A stretch of DNA of 45,354 bases. It comes from Candidatus Micrarchaeaceae archaeon. Lineage in GTDB: Archaea > Micrarchaeota > Micrarchaeia > Micrarchaeales > CABMGC01. The stretch's first letter is position 1. The number at the start of each line of letters is the position of its first letter. The notes beneath the pieces are model-generated. The model did not search any database. It was not told the origin of the DNA and worked only from the letters and a program-made list of their open reading frames with translations. A program made the position numbers and the translations under genes. Location of the stretch: positions 1 through 45,354 of the forward strand of contig JAVYWZ010000004.1 in the NCBI GenBank assembly GCA_038877255.1. Reading direction: 5' to 3'. Positions 36,419-45,354 of this stretch are shown in pieces.

Positions 36419-36500
36419 CGACTATGTGCATGCGCACGCATATGCATATGCAGGAGCACACAATGCAAAGGCATATTTATCTTTTTGTATACGTTGTAGT

Positions 36501-37166
36501 ATGGACTTCGGATTTGTTAAGTGGATAGATCATGCCGGATTCTTAATAGAAGCAAAAAGCGGTAAAATAGCAATAGACCCATTCAGAGTTAGAGCGCCAG
36601 ATAAGATAGGCAAGGTCGATTTAATTTTTGTAACGCATCCGCATTTTGACCACATGAGTGAAAAGGACATTGGAGCACTTTCCGGTAAAAGCACCAAGAT
36701 AATTGCGCCAAAAGGCGCGCTTGGCACGCTTAAAGTTAAAGGTATGGACGCGCTTGTAGTTGAGCCGAACAAGCAGTATTCAATAAGCGGCATAGGCTTC
36801 GAAACAGTGCCTGCTTATAATACAAACCCAGACAGGCTAAGCTACCACCCTAAGTCAAACGGCTGGGTAGGCTACATAATAAACATCGATGGATACAGAA
36901 TATACCATGCCGGAGACACAGACTTCGTTGAAGAAATGAAAAACATCAAGGCAGATCTCGCACTCATTCCTATCGGCGGCACATATACAATGACCGTAGA
37001 AGAGGCAATAGCAGCTTCAAAAGAAATAGACGCCAAATACTTCGCCCCTATGCATTACAAATCCCTGCTTGGCAAGGCATATGCCGCTGCAGAAGACAAA
37101 TTTGAAAAAGGGGTCAAAAACAGCACTATATTTGAGCAGATACAGGAGCCATATTACTCTTTCTGA
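36501..37166 (+). CDS. Metallo-beta-lactamase-fold hydrolase
   Basis: THPHFDH, YHAGDT, PIGGTYTM and PMHY motifs. Confidence 0.92.
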   Translation: MDFGFVKWIDHAGFLIEAKSGKIAIDPFRVRAPDKIGKVDLIFVTHPHFDHMSEKDIGALSGKSTKIIAPKGALGTLKVKGMDALVVEPNKQYSISGIGFETVPAYNTNPDRLSYHPKSNGWVGYIINIDGYRIYHAGDTDFVEEMKNIKADLALIPIGGTYTMTVEEAIAASKEIDAKYFAPMHYKSLLGKAYAAAEDKFEKGVKNSTIFEQIQEPYYSF

Positions 37167-37951
37167 TTCGTCTCTCTGCTTATCTGCCTTGCAATCTCTA
37201 GCAGCTCTTCTGGATTCAGCTTAAATGCGCGCTCATTTTGCATAGTGCCTGCTATGCTCTCTGCCATCTCCTTCGCTTTTTCTTTGCCAATGCCCATGTT
37301 TTTTGCAGCCTCCTCTATCGCATTTCTTAACGTTTTCTTCTTGTGCTGCATAATCAAAGTTATCAGGCGCGCATCCTTTTCGCTCAGTTTTGACTTTGGT
37401 TTCATATATATAACAATCGAGTCGACCTTCGGCACAGGTCTAAAGTTGCCTTTAGGCACGCCTGTGATTTTTGTCATGTTGAATGAAAGCTGTGACGTTA
37501 CGCTTAGTCTAGAGTATTTTCGCGTGCCAGGCTTGGCAAGCATGTGTTCTACAAACTCCTTCTGAAGGCAAAGCACAGCCTGTAAGTTGTTGCTGGATAA
37601 AAATTCAACAACCTTGCTTGATAGTTTGTATGGTATGTTTGCTATCATGATGTCTATGCTGTTGAGCTCAAGCTCGTCCGAAGTTGCCTTAAAAAAATCT
37701 TTATTTATGAGTTTAAGGTTGTCCGCGTCAATGCTGTGCTTCAGATTATTGTAAAGTAAGGGATCTATCTCAACAGCAACTACTCTGTTTGCCACTTTGC
37801 AAAGCTCTTTAGTAAGTACGCCAATTCCTGGGCCGAGCTCAAGCACATTCTTTTCCATCGCATGTGCTGCTTCTATCTCTGCTATGTGCTTGTTTATCAA
37901 AAAATTCTGGCCCAACGCTTTCTTTTGTATGCGATAAAACACAGAAATCAT
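37154..37951 (-). CDS. ksgA: 16S rRNA adenine dimethyltransferase KsgA/Dim1
   Basis: LGQNFL, ELGPGIG, ANIPY and FRPVPKVDS motifs. Confidence 0.95.
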   Translation of the reverse strand: MISVFYRIQKKALGQNFLINKHIAEIEAAHAMEKNVLELGPGIGVLTKELCKVANRVVAVEIDPLLYNNLKHSIDADNLKLINKDFFKATSDELELNSIDIMIANIPYKLSSKVVEFLSSNNLQAVLCLQKEFVEHMLAKPGTRKYSRLSVTSQLSFNMTKITGVPKGNFRPVPKVDSIVIYMKPKSKLSEKDARLITLIMQHKKKTLRNAIEEAAKNMGIGKEKAKEMAESIAGTMQNERAFKLNPEELLEIARQISRETNQKE

Positions 37952-38024
37952 TTTCTTTTAATAGGAACAGATATTTATTTTGTTTGTTGTATATTTGTTT
38001 GTGCTAAGCACAAGTAGTGTATTC

Positions 38025-39059
38025 ATGCGTTCGCAATCTTCAATTGAGTTTCTTACGACATACGGATTCATGTTCATTATAATAGGTGTAGTGATCTCGG
38101 TTCTCGTATTCATAACGGTTTCTCCACTAGTCTATTCGCCTTCGCAATGCAGTGCGTATGCAGGGCCCTATTGCTCTTCTGCGCAACTTTATTCCAATGC
38201 CACTGGTCATTTTTCATTGATTACGCTTGCACTTACCAATTCAGAGAGCGTGCCTATTAACGTAAGCAATGTAACTATGACAATAAGCGGGCTCAGTGCT
38301 ACTGGCGCGTGCACGCCATTGATAGCACTGCCCGGCCAGGGAATCGTCTGTGTTGCTGAGTTTTCTTCGTACTCGCCGCCTTTGGCATCGTATGTGCAGG
38401 GCTTCTATAGGCTTAGCGCAAAAACCTGCAACAGCGGAATAAGTGGCATATTTAACGGCACGTGCGTTTATCAGAGTGCCAATTTCTCAGGCGCCTTTGA
38501 GGCTTCTGCTGAGCCTTCTCTTACAATTCCTGTATCAGTATTGGCTCTGCAAGGATCGAGAAACCAACAGCGGGCTCCTTTTACAAGTCTGCCGTATCTG
38601 CCTGCAAACTGCTCTGTGGTGCAAAGCACGTATTTACCGCTTAATCTTAGCAAAAAGGTTCTAGAGTATGCTTTCGGCACACCAAGCTACCAGGGCGATA
38701 TTTATTTTGGCGAGAAAGTTGTGCCGTTCCCTTTTGCAGTTAATTCACTTAACAATAACAATGTAGACTGCAGCACGCCAGGCAGATTCAATTCTACTTA
38801 TTCAATTTTTGCTACTACGCTTTTCCTTCCTACTGCTGAAATTCTGAATTTCTCTTACCAAGTTGACGATGATTTGGCATTGTATTATAAAGCGTCAACA
38901 ACTTCTTCATGGTCTTCGATTTCAGAAGGCATAGGCTCAGGTTCAGGCATAGCAGTTCGTGTCGGTCCAGGCCTATACAACGTCGAGGTTTTATGGGTCA
39001 ACATATGTGCTCCAGGAGTGCAGGTTGTTAAGATTTCAAACTTCACTTCAAGCGTCTAG
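38025..39059 (+). CDS. Class III signal peptide surface protein
   Basis: MRSQSSIEFLTTYG followed by a hydrophobic helix; Cys-rich extracellular domain. Confidence 0.8.
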   Translation: MRSQSSIEFLTTYGFMFIIIGVVISVLVFITVSPLVYSPSQCSAYAGPYCSSAQLYSNATGHFSLITLALTNSESVPINVSNVTMTISGLSATGACTPLIALPGQGIVCVAEFSSYSPPLASYVQGFYRLSAKTCNSGISGIFNGTCVYQSANFSGAFEASAEPSLTIPVSVLALQGSRNQQRAPFTSLPYLPANCSVVQSTYLPLNLSKKVLEYAFGTPSYQGDIYFGEKVVPFPFAVNSLNNNNVDCSTPGRFNSTYSIFATTLFLPTAEILNFSYQVDDDLALYYKASTTSSWSSISEGIGSGSGIAVRVGPGLYNVEVLWVNICAPGVQVVKISNFTSSV

Positions 39060-40097
39060 CGTCAATGCGAGCTGCTTGCTTATTGCAGCTATATTTCCAA
39101 GGCTCTTAAGTTGCATACCAGCATCATCATCAGCGTTGAAAATTCTAATCTTTACGTGCTGCTTGTACGCCGTATCGAGGATCTCTTTTATTTCCTGTTT
39201 GTTTATCACAGAGTCGTTGACCAACACAATACCTGTAGCGTATGTGTTTAGCGCATCTAGCACCTTGCCTGGGCCTGTATATGCGGCACCAAGGCTCAGG
39301 CCCCTAAGCAGCATATCTAAGTACTTGAACTCTTGCTTTATTTTTTCGTTCTCAAGAAGTTTACTCACTTCATCGCTTTGAAGCGCCTCCCTTATTCCAG
39401 ATCTTTCAGCGTCGCTGGCGCTTGTCCATATGAGCTTCTTGCCTATTTCGATTCTGTTTGCGCTGATATATTGTTTAAGGTCGTCTTTCGTGAAGCCCGG
39501 CCCTGCAACAATTACAGTATTGACATTCATGTCATTTATCTTTTTAGCAAGCGTGGCGAAAAACCTGCTCTTTTCCAACTCGTACTCTTTTTGCTTCATC
39601 TTCTTGCTGAGCTTGCTGTATATCTCCGTGGCAATTTCTATGCCATACCCTTTTACATAAGCAACTGTAGCTTTCTCTTCATCAAGCACTACAACGCCAA
39701 GCTTCGACTTCTTGGATTCCTTTACCGCTTCGTTCAGAATTTCCTTGATGTACGCGGGCCACTCCTTCCTTGTTATGCTGATGCGCTCGCCCTGCGCTAT
39801 GTTTAACGTGTGGTAGCTGCCAATTGCTATGTACTGCTCTGGCCTGCCGCTTAAAATTTTTCCAGTAATTCTCAATCTGAGCGAGTTCTTGTCTATTTCT
39901 ATCTTCTCAGCGCTTATTTTAGCACGCACCTCTTTCTGTTCGCCTTCGCTGCCCTCATTCGGCCTGAAACGCCTGTAGGTTTTTGCCTCAATCTCGTCGC
40001 CTTCGCCTATAATTCTTGCAAGAAGATAAAGGTCGTCGAATGTATCAGGCACGACGCTGAGTGTGTTTGTCGTTTCGTTGAAGCCAAGAATGCGCAT
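39048..40097 (-). CDS. pelA: Pelota (Dom34) ribosome rescue factor
   Basis: PDTFDDLYLL, LRITGKI, GSYHTL and AGPGFTK motifs. Confidence 0.95.
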   Translation of the reverse strand: MRILGFNETTNTLSVVPDTFDDLYLLARIIGEGDEIEAKTYRRFRPNEGSEGEQKEVRAKISAEKIEIDKNSLRLRITGKILSGRPEQYIAIGSYHTLNIAQGERISITRKEWPAYIKEILNEAVKESKKSKLGVVVLDEEKATVAYVKGYGIEIATEIYSKLSKKMKQKEYELEKSRFFATLAKKINDMNVNTVIVAGPGFTKDDLKQYISANRIEIGKKLIWTSASDAERSGIREALQSDEVSKLLENEKIKQEFKYLDMLLRGLSLGAAYTGPGKVLDALNTYATGIVLVNDSVINKQEIKEILDTAYKQHVKIRIFNADDDAGMQLKSLGNIAAISKQLALTLDA

Positions 40098-40197
40098 AAA
40101 GGCACGAGAACATTAATGCGCAGAAGCTTTATTTATCTGTTTATTCGCCTGCCTGTGCAAGCTAAGAAATAAAAACAGCAAAGAATGAATCTTCTAC

Positions 40198-40842
40198 ATG
40201 AGCCTTTTGCTGCTTTCACTTGCCGGCTTATTCAGTCTTACCTATTCATCAATACTCTCTCTTATTGCCAAATACGGCTATTATGCGCTCTTCGGACTAC
40301 TGGTGCTCGAAGCTGCTTCGCTGCCTGTGCCGAGCGAAGTAATATTGCCTGTGGCAGGCTATTTTATCTTCACAGGCGTGCTTAATCCTTTGTTGGCAAT
40401 TGCGGTTATTTTGTTTGGTGGTCTGTTAGGAATGGCTATAAACTATTACATAGCGTACTTCATAGGCAAGGACCTTGTTTACAAGCACCTTGCTCTGTTC
40501 CACATAAAGAAGGAATCGCTTGACGCCTTCGATTCATGGTTCAACAAAAACGGCTCCTTTGCTGTATTCGTAACCCGCATGATGCCTTTGGTGCGCGGCC
40601 TCATAAACTTTCCAGCAGGCTTTGCCTTGATGTCACAAAAGAAGTTTTACGCATACTCTATGTTAGGCACTGCCATATGGGACATATTCCTTATCACTTT
40701 CGGCTACTATCTGAGCAAGTACGCGCTCAGCATGCAGCACGCGTATGGCATGTTCGCAGTTCTAGGCATAGCTATAGGCTTGCTTGCTTTGCTGCTGTTC
40801 ATGATTTACAGATACGCGATGAAAAGGATAAAGAAAAAATAG
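40198..40842 (+). CDS. DedA family membrane protein
   Basis: LEAASLPVPSEVILP and RMMPLVRGLINFPAG motifs. Confidence 0.92.
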   Translation: MSLLLLSLAGLFSLTYSSILSLIAKYGYYALFGLLVLEAASLPVPSEVILPVAGYFIFTGVLNPLLAIAVILFGGLLGMAINYYIAYFIGKDLVYKHLALFHIKKESLDAFDSWFNKNGSFAVFVTRMMPLVRGLINFPAGFALMSQKKFYAYSMLGTAIWDIFLITFGYYLSKYALSMQHAYGMFAVLGIAIGLLALLLFMIYRYAMKRIKKK

Positions 40843-41163
40843 TTACTTCGCCGAAGAAGGCCCCAGCGTATAGTGCCTCACGACTTTTATTACCTGCTCT
40901 ATTGCTTTCTTTATCTCAGCATTGGTCTTCGCACCTGTGCAAATTATCTTTCCGTTCTTGAAGAGAAGCAGTGCCACCTTGGGCGTATGTATTTTGTAAA
41001 TTGCTCCAGGGAACTGCTCTGGCTCATAATCTACATCAGAAGAAGCCTTAGCTATTGCATAAAGATCAAGCTCAACCCCAAGGTCGGCGCTTGCTACAAT
41101 GTTTTCCACTTTGAAGTTAGGTTTCAAAACAGGCAATTTTCCTTCTTTTGCTTTTGCCATCAT
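40843..41163 (-). CDS. tbp: TATA-binding protein homologue containing only one TBP repeat (106 aa)
   Basis: ENIVAS, YEPEQFPG and LLFKNGKIICTGAK occur once, followed by a stop; SD-like AGGTG upstream. Confidence 0.9.
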   Translation of the reverse strand: MMAKAKEGKLPVLKPNFKVENIVASADLGVELDLYAIAKASSDVDYEPEQFPGAIYKIHTPKVALLLFKNGKIICTGAKTNAEIKKAIEQVIKVVRHYTLGPSSAK

Positions 41164-41235
41164 ACCACACCTTTTTAAATGGAACCGCAATTTATATATT
41201 TACTTCTTTATAAATTTTACGCCATAGTGATTCTT

Positions 41236-41523
41236 ATGGAGCGATCGCAAGGTTTATTTTCAGGCAGGAGCAGGCACCTTTCAAGGCACCATATGCCTTC
41301 TAAGCTAGGGATAAGCGAGATAGTAAAACAGTTCAACATAGGAGATAAAGTGGCAATAGTGCCAAAAAGCAATTTCAGGGACATACCGCATCCAAGGTAT
41401 AGGGGCAAGATAGGCACCGTAATAGGCAAGCGCGGCAGCGCATATGAGGTTGAGATTAATGTTTCTAAAACAACCAGACGCATGCTCGTCGTGCCTCAGA
41501 GGCATCTTGAAAAGGTAAGCTGA
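41236..41523 (+). CDS. rpl21e: 50S ribosomal protein L21e
   Basis: RSQG...F.IGDKV...PHPRYRGKIG.V.GKRG.AY...P.RHL pattern. Confidence 0.95.
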   Translation: MERSQGLFSGRSRHLSRHHMPSKLGISEIVKQFNIGDKVAIVPKSNFRDIPHPRYRGKIGTVIGKRGSAYEVEINVSKTTRRMLVVPQRHLEKVS

Positions 41524-41677
41524 ACGCTCAGTTTGGAGTAGGATATAGTAAACTACCCCTCCTAACAGTAGAGATAAAATGAAACAGTTAGTTTTCTTTA
41601 ACAATAAAATTCATCAACCGTCAACTTGACAGAACCAAAATGACAATATATATGATGTTTAGATTAGTTTACTGCGG

Positions 41678-42078
41678 GTGAACTGCCCCGCTCTTACAGA
41701 CTGGGCTTCCGCCACGCCCGCAACCTTGTGGCTTCTCGCTTCAATGGAAATGCTTGCTTTCACATGCGGAATACTTTTTATGTATTCGAGTATGCTACTT
41801 GCAGAGGTGTAATCCTCTTCGAGCGTCTCCAGAGACCTATGTGGTTTGTAAACCACTTTCCTTCAAGAAAGAGCCTTTGAAGCGCATCAGATCTTTGTTT
41901 TGATATTTGCTTTTATCAAATTTTATTTCATATACTTTTGCAGTTTTGCCTTTCCGCTTTGCCCTTGTTGCCTTGCCTTTTTCTCTTATCTTCTGTTCTT
42001 TTCTGCATTGGGCATATGCCAATCTATTTTACGCAATTCCTCTACACGCTTGCGCATGTGGTCTCCTTGCGAGGCGAT
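41678..42078 (-). mobile_element. tnpB: Copy D: degenerate tnpB element with frameshifted N-terminus fused to C-terminal tail and right end
   Basis: ATG at 42015: MPNAEKN.../IREKGKATRAKRKGKTAKVYEIKFDKSK.../FLEGKWFTN, then tail ...SIEARSHKVAGVAEAQSVRAGQFT and right end GAAGCCCAGTCTGTAAGAGCGGGGCAGTTCAC. Confidence 0.7.
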
Positions 42079-42118
42079 GTGATTAAAGCTGTTTGAAGAG
42101 TACAAAAGCAACAATACG

Positions 42119-42191
42119 TAGTCCCGGCCGGATTCGAACCGACGTAGCAGGCTCCAAAGGCCTGCGTCCTTGGCCACTAGACGACGGGACT
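42119..42191 (-). tRNA. tRNA-Gln(TTG)
   Basis: A1-U72 acceptor AGTCCCG/CGGGACT and anticodon arm CAGGC-CTTTGGA-GCCTG. Confidence 0.95.
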
Positions 42192-42244
42192 TCTTTTTTT
42201 ATTTCGCTGTTTACGTTTATATTTTTATTCATGCCAATATAACT

Positions 42245-42967
42245 ATGACAGAAAAAATTTACCTTTATGATGCATATGCCAAAGAAGTGGATTCGCGCAT
42301 AGAAAGGATTATTGGCAATTCACTTGTTATTGACAAAACAATATTTTATCCTGGCGGAGGAGGCCAGCCTTTTGACACTGGCACCATGCTAATAAATGGC
42401 AATAACTATGACGTGCTTGAGACGAAAAAAGATGCCGGCAACATAGTGCATATTCTAAGTGGTGCGCCAGATGCAGAAGCAGGTGCAATGGTGCACTGCA
42501 AAATAGATTGGCAGAAACGCTATGCATATATGCGCCATCACACTGCGCTGCACATAATCGGCGGCGTAATAGCGAGCAAATACAACGCGCAGGTAATAGC
42601 TACTGGCGGTCAAATATTCTACGACAGGGCGCGCATGGACTTTGATATGCCTGAACTGAACCGCGAGCTGCTTGAAAAAATAATCTACGATGCGAATGCA
42701 ATTGTAAAAGAAGGCCACAAAGTATATGCAAGAGAGTTGCCTAGAGAAGAGGCAGCGAAGATACCTAATCTTGCAAGGACTGAGCCGGGCAGAAAGCTTG
42801 TTGAGAGCCTTGATTTTGTTCGTGTTGTGGAAATAGAAGGTTTAGACGTGCAGGCAGATGGTGGCACGCATGTAGCGAACACCAAGGAAGTAGGGGCAAT
42901 TTCGCTTGCTAAGTTTGAGAATAAGGGAAGCCACAGTAAGCGCATTGAAATAACGCTCAAAAATTAA
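42245..42967 (+). CDS. alaX: Alanyl-tRNA editing protein AlaX (AlaXp-M)
   Basis: TIFYPGGGGQPFD, RHHTALH and ADGGTHV motifs. Confidence 0.93.
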   Translation: MTEKIYLYDAYAKEVDSRIERIIGNSLVIDKTIFYPGGGGQPFDTGTMLINGNNYDVLETKKDAGNIVHILSGAPDAEAGAMVHCKIDWQKRYAYMRHHTALHIIGGVIASKYNAQVIATGGQIFYDRARMDFDMPELNRELLEKIIYDANAIVKEGHKVYARELPREEAAKIPNLARTEPGRKLVESLDFVRVVEIEGLDVQADGGTHVANTKEVGAISLAKFENKGSHSKRIEITLKN

Positions 42968-42982
42968 AGCGATTTAAACCGA

Positions 42983-43387
42983 TTAAAGTTGCTTTGTTCC
43001 TATATCTATCGGTTTGTGTTCGAAATCAAGAACTGCTTTCTTTACTGCTCTGAGCGAGAGTGTTGCACAGTGCAGCCTTGCAGGCCCAGGGTCTATGCTT
43101 ATGAGCTTGAAGAGCTCGTCCTTGCCAAACGCTTCTATCTCTTCTAGAGTCCTGCCTTTTATGTAATCAATCAGCATGTTTGCAACGCCCATCGAAATTA
43201 TACAGCCATCCCCTTCAAACCTTGCGTCTTTGATTTTGCCATTCTCTATTTGCAAATAAACTGTTATTGTATCGCCGCACGATATGTTTTCCTCGCGCAT
43301 GCTTGCGTTTGTGTTTGCGAGTTTGCCTTTCGAATCCGGATGCTCATAATTGCTTATTAGCTCTTCAGCGTAAATATCCAATGACAT
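42983..43387 (-). CDS. IscU/SufU-type Fe-S scaffold protein
   Basis: NISCGD, FEGDGCIIS and RLHCATL motifs. Confidence 0.92.
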   Translation of the reverse strand: MSLDIYAEELISNYEHPDSKGKLANTNASMREENISCGDTITVYLQIENGKIKDARFEGDGCIISMGVANMLIDYIKGRTLEEIEAFGKDELFKLISIDPGPARLHCATLSLRAVKKAVLDFEHKPIDIGTKQL

Positions 43388-43391
43388 TATC

Positions 43392-43943
43392 TCATCTAAA
43401 CCAATTTTTTAGAAAAGGAAAGACTTTCAACCCGAGCTTTGCAAGCCTGTCCTTCTCTATGTATATTGCATATGAAATTATTATACTTATCGTGACGCCT
43501 GCCAGTACGTCTGTGAGGTAGTGCAAACCGAGGTAAACCCTGCCAAAGAGCACAAGAACAAGCCATACTATATATGCTATGCGCACGTATTTGTACTTGT
43601 TTATGAATAATGTAAGTCCTGTTAGCACGCTTGCATGGTTTGACGGAAACGAAAAGCTGCTTTCGCATGTTATATGGTTTATCCACGAAAGCTCGCTCAC
43701 ATTGCACGGCCTCGGTTCCCTTACGATCAGCTTTATCGCGTCGCTTACTATATAAAGTGTTATGCCCGCTATGACTAGCGCAAAGACATTCTTGTCGCGC
43801 CTCAGCAGAACATATATTACAAGCAGCGGAATTACTACCAAAAAACTGGGTCCAAGCGCCTGCATTATGTGGTTTAGCTGCACATTTGACATCGCCTTTG
43901 CCGCCTTGAATGCCAAGTCATTTAGCTGCGTTATTGCCTGCAA
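43392..43943 (-). CDS. PAP2-family phosphatase
   Basis: K...REPRP, SFPSNH and GRVYLGLHY..DV motifs. Confidence 0.92.
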   Translation of the reverse strand: MQAITQLNDLAFKAAKAMSNVQLNHIMQALGPSFLVVIPLLVIYVLLRRDKNVFALVIAGITLYIVSDAIKLIVREPRPCNVSELSWINHITCESSFSFPSNHASVLTGLTLFINKYKYVRIAYIVWLVLVLFGRVYLGLHYLTDVLAGVTISIIISYAIYIEKDRLAKLGLKVFPFLKNWFR

Positions 43944-44095
43944 TAAATCGCCAAGCTTTTAAACTATTATTACTCCTGCGTTTATATTTTTGTGTTTCAG
44001 GCAACGCGCGCTTACAAAAACAAAGAAGCATATTGGCTTCTGAACTCGGTATGAGTGGCTATAATATGTGCATATATCGATTTTCCAGCGTCACA

Positions 44096-44967
44096 GCAAA
44101 AGCTTTATAACCACAAAGGTTTTAGGAGTATGCAGGTGAAATGTATGGGAGGCGCTGTTGGCGGCTAAATTATATTAGCACAATAATCTATTTCTAGTAA
44201 TTAGTTTGCCTATTTTTCTGTTGCTCTTCTTTCTGCGATAGTTCTTCTATCACTGGGAATTGTAGTGTTACTTCTTTGCTTATCCTCCTGTAGCCGATAC
44301 TGCCTAAGAGAACTCTTGACACAATACTTGTGCTTACTGTAGCGCCTTTTACAAACTCGTTCAGCATGTCCTCTATTTCCTTGATGTTCTCAGAATATGA
44401 AGGCACGACAAACAATAGGCCATAAGGAGCGCCTATGTCGCCAACTAGCGCATATGTGCTCGCAGGTGTGTTTGGCAGCAACCAGCTGCTAGTTCATATG
44501 CACTTGAAACTCCACGCAATACGTTGAACTTAAAATGTTTGCTTCTACGGCTCTGGTCACATATACTGTTATTCCTGTGGCGTTGCAAAAGCTTTATAAA
44601 CACAAAGGTTTTAGGGGTATGCAGGTGAAATGTATGGGAGGCTGTGTTGGCACGTAAATTATGTTAGCATTTGGCGTTGCTTGCTAGTAATTAATTTGCC
44701 TGTTTTTCTGTTGCTCTTCTTTCTGCGAAAGTTCTTCTATCACTGGGAATTGTGGTGTTACTTCTTTGCTTATCCTCCTGTAGCCAATACTGCCTAAAAG
44801 AACCCTAGACACAATACTTGTGCTTATAGTTGAGCCTTTTACAAACTCGTTTAGCATGTCCTCTATTTCCTTGATGTTCTCAGAATATGAAGGCACAACA
44901 AACAATGCGCCGTAAGGAGCGCCTATGTCGCCAACTAGCGCATATGTGCTCGCAGGCGTGTTTGGCA
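44096..44967. repeat. ~490-bp-period tandem duplication (44096-44477 and 44585-44967)
   Basis: Colinear, highly similar copies covering the gene 3' end and its downstream intergenic DNA. Confidence 0.9.
44194..44481 (-). pseudogene. Duplicated 3' fragment of the neighbouring Lrp-like gene
   Basis: LPNTPASTYALVGDIGAPYG...QKNRQTNY is nearly identical to the C-terminus of 44684-45319. Confidence 0.75.
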
Positions 44968-45354
44968 AGTTTATCATTTGCTGTAGGAACCTTTTCCTGT
45001 TTTCGTTGAAAAAGCCAATTTCGGTCTGCTCGCATACAGCAAGCACATCATACTTTTTAGGCAGTGTTTGCATAGTTATAGTGGCACGCAAGATAATGCC
45101 TCTCTCTATAAGTTTGTGATATATGTATTGGGATGCGCCGCGCTCGAAGCCTAGGAGCCTGTCCATCTCCACAAACTCCAGCCTGCTGTTCTCGTTAAGA
45201 AGTCTAAGGACTTGGAATTCTCTCTCGGTTATTGCGCCTCGCGGCTTTCTTGGCGTTTCCTTTGTTCTGTGCCATACTTTTGCCTTTAAGTCTTCAAAGA
45301 ATGCGTCTCTTAGAAGCACGTAACCATAAGCATAAGTAATGTATGTAACTACCC
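44684..45354 (-). CDS. Lrp/AsnC-like winged-helix protein, 5'-incomplete
   Basis: ITEREFQVLRLLNENSR...YHKLIERGII wHTH; the frame is open to the window edge. Confidence 0.7.
   Translation of the reverse strand, partial: VVTYITYAYGYVLLRDAFFEDLKAKVWHRTKETPRKPRGAITEREFQVLRLLNENSRLEFVEMDRLLGFERGASQYIYHKLIERGIILRATITMQTLPKKYDVLAVCEQTEIGFFNENRKRFLQQMINLPNTPASTYALVGDIGAPYGALFVVPSYSENIKEIEDMLNEFVKGSTISTSIVSRVLLGSIGYRRISKEVTPQFPVIEELSQKEEQQKNRQINY

Noticed and set aside
36424..36452. Palindromic ATGTGCATGCGCACGCATATGCATATGCA stretch
   Set aside because: Short low-complexity purine-pyrimidine alternation with no second copy seen.

Overview
Chromosomal segment of a DPANN archaeon, very probably Micrarchaeota (ARMAN-like). 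Evidence: archaeal information genes (TBP, Rpl21e, pelota, RIO1, XPF, RtcB/archease, ScpAB), intron-containing tRNAs and class III signal-peptide pilins. The first 6.2 kb carry a complete compact archaeal type II CRISPR-Cas system resembling the ARMAN-1 Cas9 lineage (II-C2/II-D-like): a tracrRNA anti-repeat directly upstream of a 996-aa cas9, an 8-repeat/7-spacer array, and a convergent cas1-cas2-cas4 operon. The locus is bracketed by members of a family of internally deleted tnpB-derived mini-elements that keep the tnpB 5' end plus an omegaRNA/right-end-like 3' end (copies at 1-162, ~9090-9433, 33513-33626 and 41678-42078). A second in-frame-deleted tnpB with an intact-looking omegaRNA ends 9 bp before an intron-containing tRNA-Met. 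Other notable items are a hairpin at the cas1 start whose loop resembles the anti-repeat, a single-repeat (half) TBP, a NUDIX-UDG fusion, an 11-nt T-loop intron in tRNA-Leu, a Tad/type IV pilus cluster, two LamG-like 3'-end remnants flanking an ATPase gene, and a ~490-bp tandem duplication at the right end. All calls come from reading the sequence by eye; no database searches were run.
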